Of a stretch of DNA of 64,000 nt, positions 37,279-48,898 are shown one piece after another. Source of the stretch: Heptranchias perlo (taxonomy: Eukaryota); NCBI RefSeq assembly GCF_035084215.1, contig NC_090352.1, forward strand, positions 1,612,001 to 1,676,000, read 5' to 3'. The stretch's first letter is position 1. Every line of letters starts with the position of its first letter. The position numbers were made by a program, and so were the translations under genes. The notes under the pieces are model-generated. The model was given only the letters and a program-made list of their open reading frames with translations, was not told the DNA's origin and did not search any database.

Positions 37279-40170
37279 CTAATTGCCCTCGAGAAGGTGG
37301 TGGTGAGCCGCATTCTTGAACCGCTGCAGTCCGTGTGGTGACGGTTCTCCCACTGTGCTGTTAGGAAGGGAGTTCCAGGATTTTGACCCAGCGACAATGA
37401 AGGAACGGCGATATATTTCCAAGTCGGGATGGTGTGTGACTTGGAGGGGAACGTGCAGGTGGTGTTGTTCCCATGCGCCTGCTGCCCTTGTCCTTCTAGG
37501 TGGGAGAGGTCGAGGGTTTGGGAGGTGCTGTCGAAGAAGCCTTGGCGAGTTGCTGCAGTGCATCCTGTGGATGGTGCACACTGCAGCCACAGTGCGCCGG
37601 TGGTGAAGGGAGTGAATGTTTAGGGTGGTGGATGGGGTGCCAATCAAGCGGGCTGCTTTATCTTGGATGGTGTCGAGCTTCTTGAGTGTTGTTGGAGCTG
37701 CACTCATCCAGGCAAGTGGAGAGTATTCCATCACACTCCTGACTTGTGCCTTGTAGATGGTGGAAAGGCTTTGGGGAGTCAGGAGGTGAGTCACTCGCCG
37801 CAGAATACCCAGCTTCTGACCTCCTCTCGTAGCCACAGTATTTATGTGGCTGGTCCAGTTAAGTTTCTGGTCAATGGTGACCCCCAGGATGTTGATGGTG
37901 GGGGATTCGGCGATGGTAATGCCGTTGAATGTCAAGGGGAGGTGGTTAGACTCTCTCTTGTTGGAGATGGTCATTGCCTGGCACTTATCTGGCGCGAATG
38001 TTACTTGCCACTTATCAGCCCAAGCCTGGATGTTGTCCAGGTCTTGCTGCATGCGGGCTCGGACTGCTTCATTATCTGAGGGGTTGCGAATGAAACTGAA
38101 CACTGTGCAGTCATCAGCGAACATCCCCATTTCTGACCTTATGATGGAGGGAAGGTCATTGATGAAGCAGCTGAAGATGGTTGGGCCTCAGACACTGCCC
38201 TGAGGAACTCCTGCAGCAATGCCCTGGGGCTGAGATGCTTGGCCTCCAACAACCACTACCATCTTCCTTTGTGCTAGGTATGACTCCAGCCACTGGAGAG
38301 TTTTCCCCCTGATTCCCATTGACTTCAATTTTACTAGGGCTCCTTGGTGCCACACTCGGTCAAATGCTGCCTTGATGTCAAGGGCAGTCACTCTCACCTC
38401 ACCTCTGGAATTCAGCTCTTTTGTCCATGTTTGGACCAAGGCTGTAATGAGGTCTGGAGCCGAGTGGTCCTGGCGGAACCCAAACTGAGCATCGGTGAGC
38501 AGGTTATTGGTGAGTAAGTGCCGCTTGATAGCACTGTCGACGACACCTTCCATCACTTTGCTGATGATTGAGAGTAGACTTATGGGGCAGTAATTGGCCG
38601 GATTGGATTTGTCCTGCTTTTTGTGGACAGGACATACCTGGGCAATTTTCCACATTGTCGGGTGGATGCCAGTGTTGTAGCTGTACTGGAACAGTTTGGC
38701 TAGAGGCGCAGCTAGTTCTGGAGCACAAGTCTTCAGCACTACAGCTGGGATGTTGTCGGGGCCCATAGCCTTTGCTGTATCCAGTGCACTCAGCTGTTTC
38801 TTGATATCACGTGGAGTGAATCGAATTGGCCGAAGACTGGCTTCCGTGATGGTGGGGATATCGGGAGGAGGCTGAGATGGATTATCCACTCGGCACTTCT
38901 GGCTGAAGATGGTTGCAAACGCTTCAGCCTTGTCTTTTGCACTCACGTGCTGGACTCCGCCATCATTGAGAATGGGGATGTTTGCAGAGCCTCCTCCTCC
39001 CGTTAGTTGTTTAATTGTCCACCACCATTCACGACTGGATGTGGCAGGACTGCAGAGCTTTGATCTGATCCGTTGGTTGTGGAATCGCTTAGCTCTGTCT
39101 ATAGCATGTTGCTTCCGCTGTTTAGCATGCATGTAGTCCTGAGTTGTAGCTTCACCAGGTTGGCACCTCATTTTTCGGTACGCCTGGTGCTGCTCCTGGC
39201 ATGCTCTTCTACACTCCTCATTGAACCAGGGTTGATCCCCTGGCTTGTTGGTAATGGTAGAGTGAGGAATATGCCGGGCCATGAGGTTACAGATTGTGCT
39301 GGAATACAATTCTGCTGCTGCTGATGGCCCACAGCGCCTCATGGATGCCCAGTTTTGAGCTGCGAGATCTGTTCTGAATCTATCCCATTTAGCACGGTGG
39401 TAGTGCCACACAACACGTTGGATGGTGTCCTCAGTGCGAAGACGGGATTTCATCTCCACGAGGACTGTGCGGTGGTCACTCCTACCAATACTGTCATGGA
39501 CAGATGCATTTGCGACAGGTAGATTGGTGAGGACGAGGTCAAGTAAGTTTTTCCCTCGTGTTGGTTCGCTCACCACCTGCCGCAGGCCCAGTCTAGCAGC
39601 TATGTCCTTCAGGTAGTGGTGCTACCGAGCCACTCTTGGTGATGGACATTGAAGTCTCCCACCCAGAGTACATTTTGTGCCCTTGCTACCCTCAGTGCTT
39701 CCTCCAAGTGGTGTTCAACATGGAGGAGGACGGTAGGTGGTAATCAGCAGGAGGTTTCCTTGCCCATGTTTGACCTGATGCCATGAGATTTCATGGGGTC
39801 CAGAGTCAATGTTGAGGACTCCCAGGGCCACTCCCTCCTGACTGTATATCACTGTACCGCCACCTCTGGTGGGTCTGTCCTGCCGGTGGGACAGGACATA
39901 CCCAGGGATGGTGATGGAAGAGTCTGGGACGTTGGCTGAAAGATATGATTCTGTGAGTATGGCTATGTCAGGCTGTTGCTTGACTAGTCTGTGGGACAGC
40001 TCTCCCAATTTTGGCACAAGTCCCCAGATGTTAGTAAGGAGGACCTTGCAGGGTCGACTGGGCTTGGTGTTTTGCCGTTGTCGTGTCCGGTGCCTAGTGG
40101 TCCGTCCGGTTTTATTCTTATTATGACTTTTCGTAGCGAGATTTTACAACTGAGTGGCTTGCTCGGCCAT
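37279..40170 (-). pseudogene. AP-endonuclease / reverse transcriptase ORF, disrupted
   Basis: KVLLTNIWGL, PDIAILTESYL, RQDRPTRGGG, GDFN (shifted frame between ~39612 and ~39727), PTRGKNLLDLVLTN, SDH, KAMGPDNIP, LDIKAAFDRVWH, GVPQGSV*GP, FADD. Stops at 40144-40146 and 38188-38190. Confidence 0.92.
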
Positions 40171-40404
40171 TTCAGAGGGCAATTAAGAATCAACCACATT
40201 GCTGTGGGTCTGGAGTCACATATAGGCCAGACCAGGTAAGGACGGCAGGCTTCCTTCCCTAAAGGACATTAGTGAACCAGATGGGTTTTTACGACAATCC
40301 GGTAGTTTCATGGCCATCATTACTGATACTAGTATTTTAATTCCAGATTTTATTTTTTAATTAATTGAATTTAATTAATTAATTGAATTTAAATTCGCCA
40401 GCTG

Positions 40405-40494
40405 CTGTGGCGGGATTTGAACTCATGACTCTGGATTTAGTCCAGGCCTCTGGATTACTAGCCCAGTAACATAACCACTATGCTTCCGTACCCC
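40405..40494 (-). promoter_or_regulatory. tRNA-Thr(AGT)-like head with Pol III A and B boxes
   Basis: A box AAGCATAGTGG (40485-40475); D-stem GCAT/ATGT; anticodon arm CTGGG-CTAGTAA-TCCAG; B box GAGTTCAAATCCC (40424-40412). Confidence 0.75.
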
Positions 40495-41356
40495 AAGCCT
40501 GGATATTGTCCAGGTCTTGCTGCATGCGAGCTCGGACTGCTTCATTTTCTGAGGGGTTGCGAATGGAACTGAACACTGCAATCATCAGTGAACATCCCCA
40601 TTTCTGACCTTACGTTGGATGGAAAGTCATTGATGAAGCAGCTGAGGATGGTTGGGCCTAGGACACTGCCCTGAGGAACTCCTGCAGCAATGCCCTGGGG
40701 CTGAGATGATTGGCCTCCAACAACCACTACCATCTTCCTTTGTGCTAGGTGTGACTCCAGCCACTGGAGTTTTCCCCCTGATTCCCATTGACTTCAATTT
40801 TACTTGGGCTCCTTGGTGCCACACTCGGTCAAATGCTGCCTTGATGTCAAGGGCAGTCACTCTCACCTCACCTCTGGAATTCAGCTCTTTTGTCCATGTT
40901 TGGACCAAGGCTGTAATGAGGTCTGGAGTCGAGTGGTCCTGGCGGAACTCAAACTGAGCATCGGTGAGCAGGTTATTGGTGAGTAAGTGCCGCTTGATAG
41001 CACTGTCGACGACACCTTCCATCACTTTGCTGATGATTGAGAGTAGACTGATGGGGCGGTAATTGGCCGGATTGGATTTGTCCTGCTTTTTGTGGACGGG
41101 ACATACCTGGGCAATTTTCCACATTGTCGGGTAGATGCCAGTGTTGTAGCTGTACTGGAACAGCTTGGCTAGAGGTGCAGCTAATTCTGGAGCACAAGTC
41201 TTCAGCACTACAGCTGGGATGTTGTCAGGCCCATAGCTTTTGCTGTATCCAGTGCACTCAGCCGTTTCTTGATATCACGTGGAGTGAATCGAATTGGCTG
41301 AAGACTGGCTTCCGTGATGGTGGGGATGTCGGGAGGAGGCCGAGATGGATCATCCA
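40492..41356 (-). mobile_element. APE-RT element copy 1, 5' part (5'-truncated)
   Basis: Resumes where 37213 stops (cacttat|cccaagcctgg; copy 2 reads cacttatcagcccaagcctgg); LKTCAPELAAPLAKLFQ..NPANYRPISLLS. Confidence 0.92.
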
Positions 41357-43492
41357 TTGCTTCTGAGGAGGGTAAATGTCGACATGAAGTGGTTGGGCCA
41401 AATGGCCTGTTTCCATATTGTAACTTCTATGTATTTCTGTGCTCCACCTTTGTTCAGATTGAAGAAGCACATGTGTGAAAGACATGCATATCTGGTCCAG
41501 GTCACAAAGGTATCATTGTTACACTTGTGGGTTACACTATCATACAAGTAGATATAGGGCAGTGTGAATCAAGTCTCATTTAAAAAGTACTGTGCTCAGA
41601 CTGCTTACGAGCATGACTGACACCACTGGACCCAAGAAGGTGTACCTGAATTTGTAACATCAACTTTAGCTTGGACAGCCCTGTTGACCCTTCAGGTGGT
41701 GTATGTGTTAATGTAGCTGGCTGCTCAATGTACTTTTAATTGCCGTGGTCTCACAAAGGCCACAAATCCAAGAGTGCGAGCGGTATTCGTTTTGGACATT
41801 GTATCCTAATTTATGATTTTGACCAAGCCTCAATGGGCAGAGGCAAGGCATGAACTCCATGCCTACATTATCCCAAATACGACTACAACCAAGAGGGATT
41901 AACATGCCACTGAGCTGTCAAGAATTCTATTAATTGAAAAGTTAGCAAAGAAAAAGCATTGAAAGGAAATCAACCAATTGGTTTGTCTGTTTTAACTTTT
42001 TCATGAACTGGGTGAAAACTACTGTTATTTGAGCTCGATCACTTAATAAATCTGATTTGGTAATGCAGCCTGATACAGAAGTGTCTGGTATGACTGTTAT
42101 TAATCATCCTTGGAAGTGAAGTGGGTCCTTGGTAGAAATCCTGTGTCTAAATCCAGAGACAACAAATGGGTCTTGTTTACCCAGCACATGCTTTTTGTGA
42201 ATACTTGGTACATTAAGTATCGCTTTGGATAGTAGGGGAAGAATGTGCTTGCCTACAGGAGTGGATTTTTGTGTAAGGCACGAGAAAAGCATCTGGTAAC
42301 AGCTTGAAGCATAACTGTCAGCGTACTTTATTCTGAATTGTAATCCAATGCTGTCCTAATGCATTTCAAATCCTAATTTGCCTTATTTATGACTAGTTTA
42401 TACTAACCAGATGGATTCTGAGTCTGATCAATATTCACTCCCAAATCTTTTTTCTTTTCAGCCTTTGCCAGTGGAAATCCTTCTATGTTATTCACAGGTT
42501 CAAAATTCATCTGCTATATATCAGCCTATCTACATAATTGATCCAAGTCTTTCTGAAAGTAATCAATCTGCTTTGCAGTCATGGCCTGCCCACATAGCCC
42601 TTGACAGTAAATTTAAAAATGTTATACTTCAGGCATTCTGCTTCATATCATTCACAAGTACTGTAAATAAAAGGGAGCCCAGAGCAGATCCCTGGCTTGT
42701 TTTCCCCAAGCAGCACGATATTCATTTATCCCCAAATGTTTTTAATGAAGAATTGGAGATGTAGGGATAAGTGCATTATGTTACATGTAAGGTGGTGAAT
42801 TGCTATGTTTTCACCTGAGGCTGAAAGTAACTTTGCCTCAACCAGTTGGGCAAGTGCACTTTTCTAGCTCTTTTCAAAACTGGGTCATTCTCATAAAACT
42901 CAAGGTGGTTGTGTGTTCTGTTTTGGTTTTGGTGTCCTCTTTGATATATTTGCAACAAATCTGCACATAGACAGAGCTAAACGTTCTGCGGATTTGCTTC
43001 AAAAGAACTGCTCAATTAAAAATCAGGCTATATTGGTTTTAGTAACCATCAATAGCATGAGAAATTATCATATTTGGACCATATTCAGCAGTTCATGTGT
43101 CCTAGCATCTAAGGTTATTGCTGTACCTTGGAGATAAATTTCCTTCAAAGAAATAAAAGGTAATCCCATTGTTTCCCTTCAACGTCATGAAAACAAATTT
43201 AATGCATAAAAATAAAACAGGTACATACAAGGTTTTTCACTAAGAACTCTGGGATTTGTTACACATTAATTGCTTTATATGTGCTCATATGGCAAGTCCT
43301 TTGACTTCCTTGGCAATGCTGACTTTATAATTTGAGCCTCATACTGTGCTGTTTCAGAACATTTGGAGGCTGAAATGGGAAAAATAAAGATTGGCTGTGA
43401 AAAGTGAAGGCTGAAAATGAAAACCCATCTGAAACAGGATTGGATTAAATTTAGTGTTTTCCTTGAAGACCTCTTAAATCATTAGTAAATTA

Positions 43493-43612
43493 AGAATGAA
43501 CATAGAAAATAGAAGCAGGAGTATGCCATTCAATATGATCATGGCTGATCCCCTATCTCAATACCATAGTCCCGCTCTCTCCCCATACCCCTTGATGCCT
43601 TCTGTGTCTAGA
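43493..43612 (-). mobile_element. CR1 3' UTR fragment
   Basis: agaacatagaaaatagaagcaggagt..gatcatggctgatc, as at 58175. Confidence 0.7.
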
Positions 43613-43859
43613 AGCAGTAGGGAATTGGAATACAGAATTTATTTACAAGCAAAGACCTAATAATTTGTAAGTGATAACATTATATATTGCAGTTCCCTGT
43701 TGTTTTTTTATTTATACTAATTGTATCACGTAAAATTTTAAATATTTTTTATCCTAATTTCTTTTCAAACATCAATTTTGAGGACTGTAGTAAGCATTCA
43801 TTTAATTTTTCTTGATGGGTCATTTGAGTTGCTTCCCAATACAGCTGGGAAGCTGCCAC

Positions 43860-44000
43860 CTCATGGCAGAGCATGGGGCCTAGGCAGCTGAAGGCACAGC
43901 CGCCTATGCTGGGTCGAATGGAGGGTGGTGCACAAGAGGCCAGAGCCAGACAAAAGGGGTGGGGTGGGGTTGTAGGCCTGGAGGAGGTTACAGAGACAGG
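43860..44000 (-). mobile_element. L2 3' fragment
   Basis: Reverse complement is highly similar to 44440-44570. Confidence 0.75.
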
Positions 44001-44139
44001 GTGTTTGGCCCTAAATGAGGATGAAGAATAAAGTTTACTGCTCCATCTCAATCCCAAGTAGAATGCACTACGGCATTGAAAGAGTGTTGAGGTTAAAAAA
44101 AATCTTTACAAAAAATTGGTACTTTAACAAACATGTTGG

Positions 44140-44915
44140 GGGTTCCCTCGATGTTCAATGAGTTTATCCAGTGAGTAGCTCAGCCAGCCAGTTGAGATCC
44201 TTGACCTGTGAAGTTAGCTGATCTGAGCTAGAATATTGGTGGGGGTACTATTATTGGAATGTAATCAGTACACTAGGCTAGGAAGAGGCAAATTGAAAAG
44301 GTTCCTGCTCCTGATTGATGTCCATTGACCTCTGCTGGAAGTACACTTGGTTGGACATAGGTGAGGATAGGATTGGTCTTGGCTGCAAAGTCTCCTGCTA
44401 TTGTGTTAAAATGCTTTTGCGGCCTTGCCTCACCATGTCTGTGTAACCTCCTCCAGGCCTAAACCCCTCCCCCTGCGCTCTCCTTTTGTCTGGCTCTGGC
44501 CTCTTGTGCACCACCCTCCATTCGCCCCATCACAGGCATTTGTGCCTTTAGCTGCCTCGGCCCCATGCTTTGGAATTCCCTCCCTAAACCTCTCTGCCTC
44601 GCTACCTCCCTCTCCTCCTTTAAAAACCTACTTAAAACCTACCTCTTTGACCAAGCTTTTGCTCTCCTGCCCTAATATCTCCTTCATTGGGTTGGCGTCC
44701 ATTGTTTTGATTACGCCTCTGTGAAGCACCTTGGAATGTTTTTCTATGTTAAAGGTGCTATATAAATGCAAGTTGTTGTTGTTGAATAGCTTGCCAGCAC
44801 TGTCATAACCCACATTTGAATAATGGCCACTTGGGTGAGGTACTGGAGGGGCTACCTATACCTGTTGAACAGTGCCCAGCACAGTCAAGGCCTTAAGGGG
44901 AGGTATTGAGAAAAT
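44140..44915 (+). mobile_element. SINE family A copy interrupted by an L2 3' end (44425-44785)
   Basis: SINE blocks agttagctgatctgagc and gaataatggccacttgggtgaggtactggaggg flank an L2 tail ending gctatataaatgcaag(ttg)n. Confidence 0.7.
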
Positions 44916-45486
44916 CGCAAACATTAGCAAATGAAGCACATTGCAAAACGTTAAGGCATATTGGTTTAACTACGAATTTATGTAGAAAATGCTAAATAAC
45001 ACTTGTGACAATTGACAAGCACACTTGTCCGTTGTGTGTCAATGTAAAGTGACAGTGTAATCAATGAAGTTTTGTGGACTGACCAAGGTTACTAATTTAC
45101 TGCCAACTGGCATAAAATGGTCAGTTTGTGCAGAGGATATGCATTTACTAGGAACTGGATGGGACTTCTGCAAACTCACTGGAGCTGGCAGAGAGGAGAA
45201 GCTTTCATATTGTCAGTCTGGGTTGCATTGAAACCCATGTTCCACAGGTGATAGGATGTACGGATATACAAAAAAGGAGTTCAGGTGAATACTAGTTGGT
45301 CTATTGAGTCTGTCGTGACCTGGCTTGGTGTAACTTGTACACGATTACCCCCAGGAGAAAAACCTGAATTTTCTCTCTGGTCCCTGAAAGCGGTAAAGCA
45401 AGCTCCATGAAATCAGGGTGACCGGTGACACTATTCCCCCAATGGCCCACCAACTTCTGTATGTCGAGAAGTATCTCCTGACATCT

Positions 45487-46086
45487 TAGAATCATAGAAT
45501 TATACAACTCGGAAGGAGGCCATTTGGCCCGTCGTGTCTGTGCCGGCTCTTTGATAGAGCTATCCAATTAGTCTTATTTCCTTGCTTTTTCCCCATAGCC
45601 CTGCAAATGTTTCCCCTTCAAGTATTTATCCAATTCCTTGTTAAAAGTTATTTATTGAATCTGCTTCCACCACCCTTTTAGGCAGTGCATTCCAGATCAT
45701 AACAGCTCTTGCGTAAAACATTTTTTTCCTCATGTCGCCTCTGATCCCTTTGCCAATTACCGTATATCTATGTCTTCTGGTTACCGACCCACTGGAAACC
45801 GTTTCTCCTTATCTACTCTATCAAAACCCTTCATGATTTTGAACACCTCTATCAAATCTCCCTGTAACCTTCTCTACGCTAAGGAGAACAGCCCCAGTTT
45901 CTCTAGTCTCTCCATGTAACTGAAGTCTTTCATCCTTGGTACCATTCTAGTAAATCTCCTCTGCAGCCTCTCTAAGGCCTTGACATCCTTCCTAAAGTGC
46001 GGTTCCCAGAATTGGCTACGATACACCAGCTGGGGCATAACTAGTGTTTTATAAAGGTTTAGCATCACTTCCTTGCTTTTGTACAT
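45487..46086 (-). mobile_element. 5'-truncated CR1 LINE
   Basis: YKSKEVMLNLYKTLV..RKDVKALERLQRRFTRMVP; tagaatcatagaat tail. Confidence 0.9.
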
Positions 46087-47307
46087 ATAGTCTAGTTCTA
46101 TGCTTTCATAACATATGTCTCCTGGTCCTCTGTAACCTATCTAGCTCAAATAGCCTATTTACATGGATATAATCTAACCCTTTCATTATTTTAAAGATTT
46201 CAATCAAATCTCCTCCAGGCCTATGGTTTTCCAAAGTAAAAAGACCTAATTCTCATAATCTGTCCTGATAACAAAGAGCCTTAAACTTAAACTATTAATT
46301 GAGTAGCCCTCTTCTGAACCTTTCCAGGCCTCTATATCTCACACCCATGTGAGGAGACCAAAACTGGACAGGTGAACAAATTGTGCCACGCATCCCTAGA
46401 AAATATATACATCTTTTAGTAGCAAAGAGGAATATGAACGAGAAGGAAGGAGTTTGCAATCTCATTAACATTACTGATCAGTTCTGTTTAAATTAATTGG
46501 AGCAGTTAGTTAGAAGTATTGCTTTAAGGAGAGAAATGAAGCATTACAAACTTATTTGAACAATCTCTGCTGGAAAGTGCTTCACCCTTTGAGAACCAGA
46601 TGATTCCAGTTTGTGAGAAATGTTTCTCATCTCCTCATATTTTACTAAACTTAATGCTTCGATGCGCAAAAAGTTAGAATTAAAATAATTAAAGCTTCAT
46701 TTATTTGATATCAAGATTCTGTCTGAACAAAGTTGTGCCAAAACAGGGTTTGTTCTACTTCCAGTAGTTTTTCGTTTAAAGTATTACATTGATTTACTTT
46801 TCTCTAGCATTGCCATTGTACATTTAATGGAACATCTAAGTAATCTATATATTATTTAAAGAAATGGGGTCCCTGCTGTTGTAACATGCTTGTGGTACGA
46901 TTCCAGCAATACCTTTAGATTAAAAGGCTTTAGTCCAACTTTAAAGCAAATGTCTGTTGTTAACAATTATGAATCACAGTGAGAATAGTAGTTGGAAACA
47001 GGTCTTTGTTTTTGCAATGCTCTAATTAGAGTTTTTTTTTACAGGAGTATATTAATGCACTCTTAAACTCACACTAGATCTCTTTCTGTAGTTGGTTAGT
47101 CGTATTTTCTGCAGTACTCAGATGATTAATATTTTAGTCAGAATGCAAGGATTCTTATTCAATCAGAGGGTGTAATGGCACCAGGGATGGGCTGTCATTT
47201 ATTTTACATTCATTTCTGAGAAACTATTTTGTGCAAATTCATGTCCCAGTAGCGTGCCATTTTCAGAGCTCTGCTCCAGGCCGAAACTGCTTTTGTGCTC
47301 TAAATAA

Positions 47308-47410
47308 GAAAAACACTTGCATTTATAAAGCACCTTATCAGGTCTCAGAAACATCCCATAATGTTTCAAATACAATGAATTATGTTTTGCAGTAGCTGTT
47401 ATGTTGGTGA
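47308..47410 (-). mobile_element. SINE/L2-type 3' tail fragment
   Basis: Minus strand gggatgtttctgagacctgataaggtgctttataaatgcaagt, similar to 26960-27060. Confidence 0.55.
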
Positions 47411-47529
47411 ATAAGGCTCTAAAGAAAGTTTGGATGATGTAGGTGTTAAAGGAAAACTTAGAAATCAGGGACCAGGCTCTGGCCATGTTGTGTGTTGATT
47501 GAAGAGATTAGTCCCTGTCATTGGGCTCT

Positions 47530-47900
47530 CAATACGCACCCCCTCCACCACTGGCGTACTGTGGCTGCCAAATATATTATCTACAGGATGAACTGCAGCA
47601 ATTCACCAAGCTTACTTCAGCATCTCCCAACCCCAACCTCCACTATCATGAAGGATAAGAGCAGCAACATCATGATAACCAAGTTCCCCTCCAAGTTGCA
47701 CATCATCCTGACTTCGACGTATTCTGACGTCCCTTCATCGTCGCTGTGTCAATATCCTGGAAATCCCTCCCTAACACCATTGTGGGAGCACCTTCACCTC
47801 AAGGACTACAGCGGGTTGAGGCCACCACCGCCTTCTCAGGTGGGCAATAATTGCGGCTTTGCCAGCGTCAGCCCACATCTCAAGAACAAATAAAAAAAGA
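47530..47900 (+). mobile_element. Old 3' fragment of the same APE-RT family as 36416-41356
   Basis: HPLHHWRTVAAKYIIYRMNCSNSPSLL; 3' UTR gggcaataa..gccagcgtcagcccacatc..aataaaaaaa. Confidence 0.85.
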
Positions 47901-48097
47901 TGAACACCTCCTTTTCAGACCTAATGATGAACTCTGACGAACCTTGGAACACTGAAATGTTGAAGGCCTAATTTAGCAAGTGCTTCCCATTTTTCTAAGT
48001 TATCTTTCTCCCTCATTTATCAGTTAGCCAAATAAACATTTAGGAAAACATTTTGCAAATGATTAATTTGAGAACAAGCTTCGATTAATAGTACATT

Positions 48098-48355
48098 GTT
48101 TATTTTGCTTTATTCATCTCTGTCGATTTTTAATTTAGAAAAAAACAGGGACTGCTGATGACATCATTGGGGTACAAGCCTGAAGGAGTTATTGTGCCTG
48201 ACAGTGCAGTGGAATTGAATCTACGTGCTGAATCATCCCTGTGAAAATTCAGCTCGCTTGCACTGTCACACACACTGACTAATTCAGGCCTGTACCCTGA
48301 TTATGTCATCAGCAGTCACTGTTTAAACAACTGACAGAAATGAATGCAACAAACG
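48098..48355. repeat. ~260-bp imperfect palindrome (old hairpin-type element)
   Basis: aacagggactgctgatgacatcattggggtacaagcctgaa pairs with ttcaggcctgtaccctgattatgtcatcagcagtcactgtt; inner tgacagtgca/tgcactgtca; outer attcatctctgtc/gacagaaatgaat. Confidence 0.8.
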
Positions 48356-48898
48356 AATGATAATCATAATTCCTTGTAATCATTGGATTTTCAACATTCT
48401 GATACTGTGGCTCCTCCTTTAAAGCTGCTTTGCACCATTTAGTATTGTTCACCCGAGAGGTCGGCAGTAAATGACCTCTCTCCCATACCGTTCTTAGTTG
48501 GCTGCTACTAGATGTGTGACAGTGGTCTGGCCAATCTATCCTCCATTTCCCCCTTTTCTTTCAGATGTTCTATCAATTTACTTTAATATGTATTTATATT
48601 GGGGGTAAATTTAATAGCACCTGTCTAGCTGTATTTAATCTTTTAGTTTTATTTGTCTAATTCTCAGTCACTAGTTGTAATGAGCGTAACAAAATACAGT
48701 TTGAAGCATTTTGATAATTCTAAATTCATTACTCTTTATCAATTGTAAAAAGGAGGGAATTGTCTCCACAGCTAGCATATTCCACTGGAGCTTGCTTCCC
48801 TTACTCTGCAACACTGACTTTCATTCAGAACAACATTTAAACAGGGGTTCATTTGACTGTGTAAATTTAAGCACAATGTGAAGTCAACCAACTTAAAA

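Larger units (their letters stand above)
37214..40494 (-). mobile_element. Apparently full-length single-ORF APE-RT non-LTR element (copy 2) with tRNA-derived 5' head
   Basis: tRNA-like head 40405-40494, ~325-nt 5' UTR, one ORF from ATG 40170 to stop 37279, then 3' UTR and tail identical in type to copy 1. Confidence 0.9.

Noticed and set aside
40405-40494. Functional tRNA-Thr gene
   Set aside because: No proper acceptor stem, extra sequence in the variable region, and it is the 5' end of a retroelement.
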